A DNA stretch of 19,786 nt from Deferribacterales bacterium (lineage in GTDB: Bacteria > Chrysiogenota > Deferribacteres > Deferribacterales > Geovibrionaceae): assembly GCA_050251945.1 (NCBI GenBank), contig JBFWLW010000021.1:1-19786 (forward strand). The letters are read 5' to 3'. Below are positions 16,227 through 19,786 of this stretch, in pieces. The position numbers were made by a program, and so were the translations under genes. How positions within the stretch are numbered: the stretch's first letter is position 1; each line of letters starts with the position of its first letter. The notes under the pieces are model-generated. The model saw only the letters and a program-made list of their open reading frames with translations. It made no database searches and was not told where the DNA came from.

Positions 16227-17588
16227 TTAGCCCTCTTTGGTTACTGATTGTTTAAATTTTTCGAGCAGTTCAGGAATTGCCGACCTGAATTTGCTCCTGT
16301 CCGCATGAACGGAAACCTCTTTTTTGCCGCCGTTCTCTGCGATGCGCACCCAGATGCGTTCGTGGCGAAAATAGAAAGCAATGACAACACCCAGACCAAG
16401 GATGAAGAATCCAACGTACACAAGGTAGTCCGCGGGGTCGTATGTGACCGAGAAGACTGAGTATTGAGCGCCGATTACGTCCACGAACTCTATTTTCATG
16501 CCGCCCGCCTGACCTGATTCGGGATAGTTCTGGAATACCCATTTGTAACCCAGAGACACGTCGTTTTCGTCAAACGCCTCCACCTTCACTGCGGGGTTCA
16601 TCATAAGGGTGTTGAAATTCACCAGTTCGCCTTTACTGTCCTGTCCCAGAGAAGGCGCGAAGTCAGTTACCTCGGCGGAAATATCGGTGCCCGGTACGGT
16701 GAATTTTTTGCCGAACTGAACTGCAAGTTTTTTAACACTGCCCTCTTTACCCGTGTTCATGATGAAAGAAAGGTCTTTATTGGGATAGAAGCCGTGATTT
16801 GTCTGAAAGATACGATAACCTTTATATTCTATTGGCGAGTTGACCATTACCTCTTTGGATATCTCTTTTCCGTTTTCGATTATGGCTATTTCAGAGCGGT
16901 AAAGCTCCGGTTTCACAGAATTTTCATAGTATTTCACATCGAAATTATCCAGACGCACGGAAAACGGCAGTTTCCTTGTGGCATTGTTGGCATTGACTAT
17001 GGTGTTGTCGCTCTGCCCCTCCACAACGCCGAGATTTCCTTTGAAACCGACTGTGATGCCCACAAGCGCCGCAATAAGAATAACCATGATGCCAAGGTGG
17101 GTTATATAGACACCGCTTCTTGCAAAGCGCCCTTTCTCCGCGGCAATGTATAGGGTTTCGCCGTCGTTTTCGTCAACAACTGTGTAGTTTTTGAGAAAAT
17201 TCCGAACTCTTGCTTCGGGGTCCCCTTCCGCTTCAAACGTCAGGGAATTATCGCCGAAAATATTTCTGTTTACCGTGACGGGTGTCCTGAGGTGTCTGTA
17301 CACGTGGGACAGCCTGTAAAACGTGCATACGGTGAGGTTCACGCCGAAAAGCACCAGAAGCATGATGAACCACCACGAAGAATACATATCCGCAAGCCCT
17401 GTTTTGACCAGCCACATGTATATCTGTTCATGTGTCATGCCCAGCTTGTCGGAAAGCCAGAACACCGCTTTTGAGCCGGAATCGTTCTGCTGGATGAAAG
17501 TACCCAGAGAAGAGCTTAACGCTATCATGATAAAGAGAAACATCGCGAGCTTAACTGAAGCCCAGAAATCGAGTATTTTTTTAAGCAC
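16227..17588 (-). CDS. resB: Cytochrome c biogenesis System II protein ResB/Ccs1 (GTG start)
   Basis: SVKLA...LGTFIQQ, DMYSSWWF...NLTVCT, GVYITHLG (conserved His), VNSPIEYKGYRIFQ, and DP followed by a C-terminal TM segment. Confidence 0.9.
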   Translation of the reverse strand: MLKKILDFWASVKLAMFLFIMIALSSSLGTFIQQNDSGSKAVFWLSDKLGMTHEQIYMWLVKTGLADMYSSWWFIMLLVLFGVNLTVCTFYRLSHVYRHLRTPVTVNRNIFGDNSLTFEAEGDPEARVRNFLKNYTVVDENDGETLYIAAEKGRFARSGVYITHLGIMVILIAALVGITVGFKGNLGVVEGQSDNTIVNANNATRKLPFSVRLDNFDVKYYENSVKPELYRSEIAIIENGKEISKEVMVNSPIEYKGYRIFQTNHGFYPNKDLSFIMNTGKEGSVKKLAVQFGKKFTVPGTDISAEVTDFAPSLGQDSKGELVNFNTLMMNPAVKVEAFDENDVSLGYKWVFQNYPESGQAGGMKIEFVDVIGAQYSVFSVTYDPADYLVYVGFFILGLGVVIAFYFRHERIWVRIAENGGKKEVSVHADRSKFRSAIPELLEKFKQSVTKEG

Positions 17589-17624
17589 GGATACACCTCA
17601 AAGTAAGAATAACAAATAATTAAT

Positions 17625-17660
17625 GAGATTGCTTCGTCACTCCGCTCCTCGCAAAGACGG
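17625..17660. repeat. Single REP-like palindromic unit
   Basis: gagattgcttcgtcactccgctcctcgcaaagacgg is closely similar to 15018-15054 and 8971-9000. Confidence 0.8.
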
Positions 17661-17679
17661 CAGACGCGGCAGTCTGTTT

Positions 17680-17708
17680 AAAAAACGGGGGACTTAAAAA
17701 GTCCCCCG
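17680..17708 (-). terminator. Intrinsic terminator of the nitrite reductase gene
   Basis: Perfect 10-bp stem cgggggactt / aagtcccccg (17686-17695 / 17699-17708), followed on the minus strand by a T run, 15 bp after the stop. Confidence 0.85.
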
Positions 17709-17723
17709 CAAGGTTTATGTCTG

Positions 17724-19376
17724 TTACTTCGCTGCGGCAGCGGGTGCTGCTTTTGCTGCGAGAGCATCGTCGATCATCTTGATGCCTTTCATAGACTCGT
17801 CAACAGACTGAGTGAGAGATTCGCGAGCCATTTCGGGGTTGTGGAAACCGTCTGAGTTTTCAGCGGTCCAGTATTCCCAGAGGATGTGCGCTCTGAGGTG
17901 CTGATCCTGAGCCTGTTTGATAACAGCCGCGTCAAGACCTGCTTTTTTACCCTCGACTATCTTGTCGATAAGTCTGTCTATCCAGAACTCTGCTTTTCTC
18001 ATCTTGCCTTTTGTATAGGCTTTTACAGAGTCGATGGCATAAACTGCATCTTTCTCGTTCCAGCCTTTATGGCATCCGCCGGTGAGGCATGAAGATTTGA
18101 TGTGCTCCTTAGGAGTCACAGCATAGTGAGAAGTGAATGTTTTGCCGTTTTTGCCTTTCACTTTTTCCATGTGGCAGGTGTCGCATCCGACGCCCGCTTT
18201 AGCGTGGGCAGAGTTATAATATGACTCAGATTCGGGATGCTGTGCTTTCCACAGAAGTCCGCCTGTCAGAGCATGTTTGAAGTCCAGCATATGTATCTGG
18301 TTCTGATAGTGGTCATAAAGCTGGAACACGTCCTTATAGGGGAAGTGGTTTGTTCTGTCGTCGGCAAAAGTAACTTTTTCGCCTGTTTTTGTGTCTGTGC
18401 CGGGGTTACAGTTGTATTCAACGTGGCACTGACCGCACTGAAGCCTTGAATCGTATTTCTCAAGGATAGCTATCTTTCTTGTATAGCCTCTCATGCCCAT
18501 GTCATACACTTTAAATTTTGTATGGTTAGGGTCTTTCGCCCAGAGAGTGTCCGCTTCGGGTCTTGTAAGAGCCTGAATGAGGGCGTCTCTGACGATTCTG
18601 GGTTTGGCGGAGTGAGGATCGTGGCAATAGAAGCAGTTAAGTCCGTGCTGTATTTTTTTGGACTGTATCATCGCAACAGGTTTGCTTGCTCTGGAGAAAG
18701 GCGCGCCTGCTTTGGGGTCGCCCATGTATGCCCAGTCAAGGATGTGATCCTGAGTTTTACACTGGAGGCAAACGGGGTTTACCGCTGTCGCAGTCTGTCT
18801 CATGAAAACTTTCTGATCGTCTGTGGAGGGTTCTTTGTCAACAATAGTGTCCCAAAGTTTGCCGGGTTTGTCGTTAACATATTCCCAGCCGTCTTTGGGC
18901 TGGAATCTGCCGCCGAAAGCTCTGTCAACAACAATCTGGTCAAGAAGCATGAAGGGGTGGCTTCTGGTAAGTCCGTGTTCTTTTGTGAAACCATGACCCA
19001 TCATAAGTTTATCCCAATAGGGATTGGGCGCTCTGTTTGTAAGCTGAGATTTTTCGTCTCTCGCGGGGCGGTGTTTGCTCACCTGAAGGAAAGTGTCGTG
19101 CTGATTTTTGTGACATTTTCCGCAGGCTTCCCATGATGTGTCAACCATGGGTCTTTTTGAAGAGTCCGCAAGGTGATCTTTAAGACCTGAGTGACAGTTA
19201 ACACAGTTAACGTTCTTGTGCTTGCCGCCGGCATGCAGTTCTTTAACCACATCGTGACATTCATAGCAGGTCTTAGGGTTAACAGGTTTTTCCTGTGCGG
19301 CCATGGCAGACGACGCTAAGAGCATAAAAAGCGCCGACATCGCTATGACCGTAATAAAGTTAGCCATTCGTAACAT
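17724..19376 (-). CDS. Octaheme cytochrome c nitrite reductase, ammonia-forming, NrfA superfamily, ONR/TvNiR type (start ATG 19376 after SD AGGAGG)
   Basis: Signal peptide ending in AMA. Heme motifs CYECH, CVNCH, CGKCH, CLQCK (Lys-ligated active site), CFYCH, CGQCH, CDTCH and CLTGGCH. Also HVEYNC, KAQHPESE and AENSDGFHNP. Confidence 0.9.
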   Translation of the reverse strand: MLRMANFITVIAMSALFMLLASSAMAAQEKPVNPKTCYECHDVVKELHAGGKHKNVNCVNCHSGLKDHLADSSKRPMVDTSWEACGKCHKNQHDTFLQVSKHRPARDEKSQLTNRAPNPYWDKLMMGHGFTKEHGLTRSHPFMLLDQIVVDRAFGGRFQPKDGWEYVNDKPGKLWDTIVDKEPSTDDQKVFMRQTATAVNPVCLQCKTQDHILDWAYMGDPKAGAPFSRASKPVAMIQSKKIQHGLNCFYCHDPHSAKPRIVRDALIQALTRPEADTLWAKDPNHTKFKVYDMGMRGYTRKIAILEKYDSRLQCGQCHVEYNCNPGTDTKTGEKVTFADDRTNHFPYKDVFQLYDHYQNQIHMLDFKHALTGGLLWKAQHPESESYYNSAHAKAGVGCDTCHMEKVKGKNGKTFTSHYAVTPKEHIKSSCLTGGCHKGWNEKDAVYAIDSVKAYTKGKMRKAEFWIDRLIDKIVEGKKAGLDAAVIKQAQDQHLRAHILWEYWTAENSDGFHNPEMARESLTQSVDESMKGIKMIDDALAAKAAPAAAAK

Positions 19377-19504
19377 TGTTCCTCCTTTTAGGATTAAAAA
19401 CGTCAATACCAATATTGCTTAATAAAGTTATAGCTGTAATTTTGTCAGGATGGTGTTAATGATTTAAATCTGAAGTAAAGATTGTAAAGCGGCACTTTTA
19501 AAAC

Positions 19505-19533
19505 AAAAAAAAGGGACACATAACGCGTCCCTT
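19505..19533 (-). terminator. Intrinsic terminator on the minus strand upstream of the nitrite reductase promoter region
   Basis: The minus strand reads AAGGGACGC-GTTAT-GTGTCCC followed by a 9-T run. Confidence 0.7.
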
Positions 19534-19661
19534 AAACTGATGACAAACTGGATTTTACGTTCCTGTCTCCCCCTTTAGAAAAGGGGGATCAAGGGGGATT
19601 TTGATTAAACATCAATCAAATCCACCCCAACCCTCCTTTTCTAAAGGAGGGAGAAAAATGG
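19533..19661. mobile_element. Left part of a third MITE-like element with different palindromic cargo, apparently interrupted by IS481
   Basis: taaactgatgacaaa (19533-19547) matches the family end 13/15 and directly abuts a terminator hairpin. The cargo is a long inverted repeat (19566-19601 / 19618-19654) whose arms each contain a CCCCTTT..AAAGGGG-type hairpin. Confidence 0.55.
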
Positions 19662-19786
19662 TGTACTGACTGCATAGATAGGTAACAGAATAAACCGAGG
19701 ACATAGGTAACATGTTATAGATAACTCTCAGGAGGTGTCTATGCCTTGGCAGGAGCAAAGCCCTATGGACTCACGAATAAGATTCA
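19662..19786 (+). mobile_element. Left end of an IS481-family insertion sequence
   Basis: Begins with 5'-TGT and carries repeated ATAGGTAACA motifs (19678-19687, 19703-19712; degenerate copy at 19717-19725), as seen in IS481-type ends. A transposase-like start follows. Confidence 0.8.
19741..19786 (+). CDS. IS481-family transposase, N-terminal fragment truncated by the window edge
   Basis: SD AGGAGGT at 19730-19736. The translation MPWQEQSPMDSRIRF fits the MPW-x-E-x-x-x-M-x-x-R-x-x-F N-terminus common in IS481 transposases. Confidence 0.8.
   Translation, partial: MPWQEQSPMDSRIRF

Noticed and set aside
8971..17660. Repeated ~35-bp palindromes as a CRISPR array
   Set aside because: The copies are dispersed, inverted and divergent, with no regular repeat-spacer period and no cas genes.
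18522..19136. 204-aa + strand ORF
   Set aside because: It is an antisense shadow of the nitrite reductase gene.
19601..19615. FNR-like TTGAT-taaac-ATCAA
   Set aside because: The spacer is 5 bp rather than 4, and it is the centre of a larger repeat-derived inverted repeat.

Overview
Chromosomal window from an anaerobic, respiring Gram-negative bacterium. Gene style suggests Deferribacterales, but this is inference only. From left to right it holds: the 5' end of an off-window minus-strand gene; a double-HTH XRE regulator with a degenerate S24-like C-terminus; a DUF2062 / MinD-FlhG-like ATPase / CheW-linker-CheZ fusion operon; a ~600-bp intergenic region with a DnaA-box cluster; a long-chain acyl-CoA synthetase and a YgiQ radical SAM gene; a minus-strand threonine dehydratase / Gate-domain membrane protein / M1 peptidase-ChaN-PDZ operon; mscS; an octaheme cytochrome c nitrite reductase with adjacent System II (ResB/CcsA) maturation genes; and the left end of an IS481-family element. 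Three observations stand out. (1) The CheW-CheZ fusion has an A12 tract followed immediately by stops in both alternative frames and a possible hairpin, so one gene may make both CheW-only and CheW-CheZ proteins by slippage or frameshifting. (2) A family of ~135-140-bp MITE-like elements with shared inverted ends inserts at, and duplicates, terminator hairpins, and carries interchangeable palindromic cargo. (3) An oriC/datA-like DnaA-box cluster has no dnaA gene beside it.
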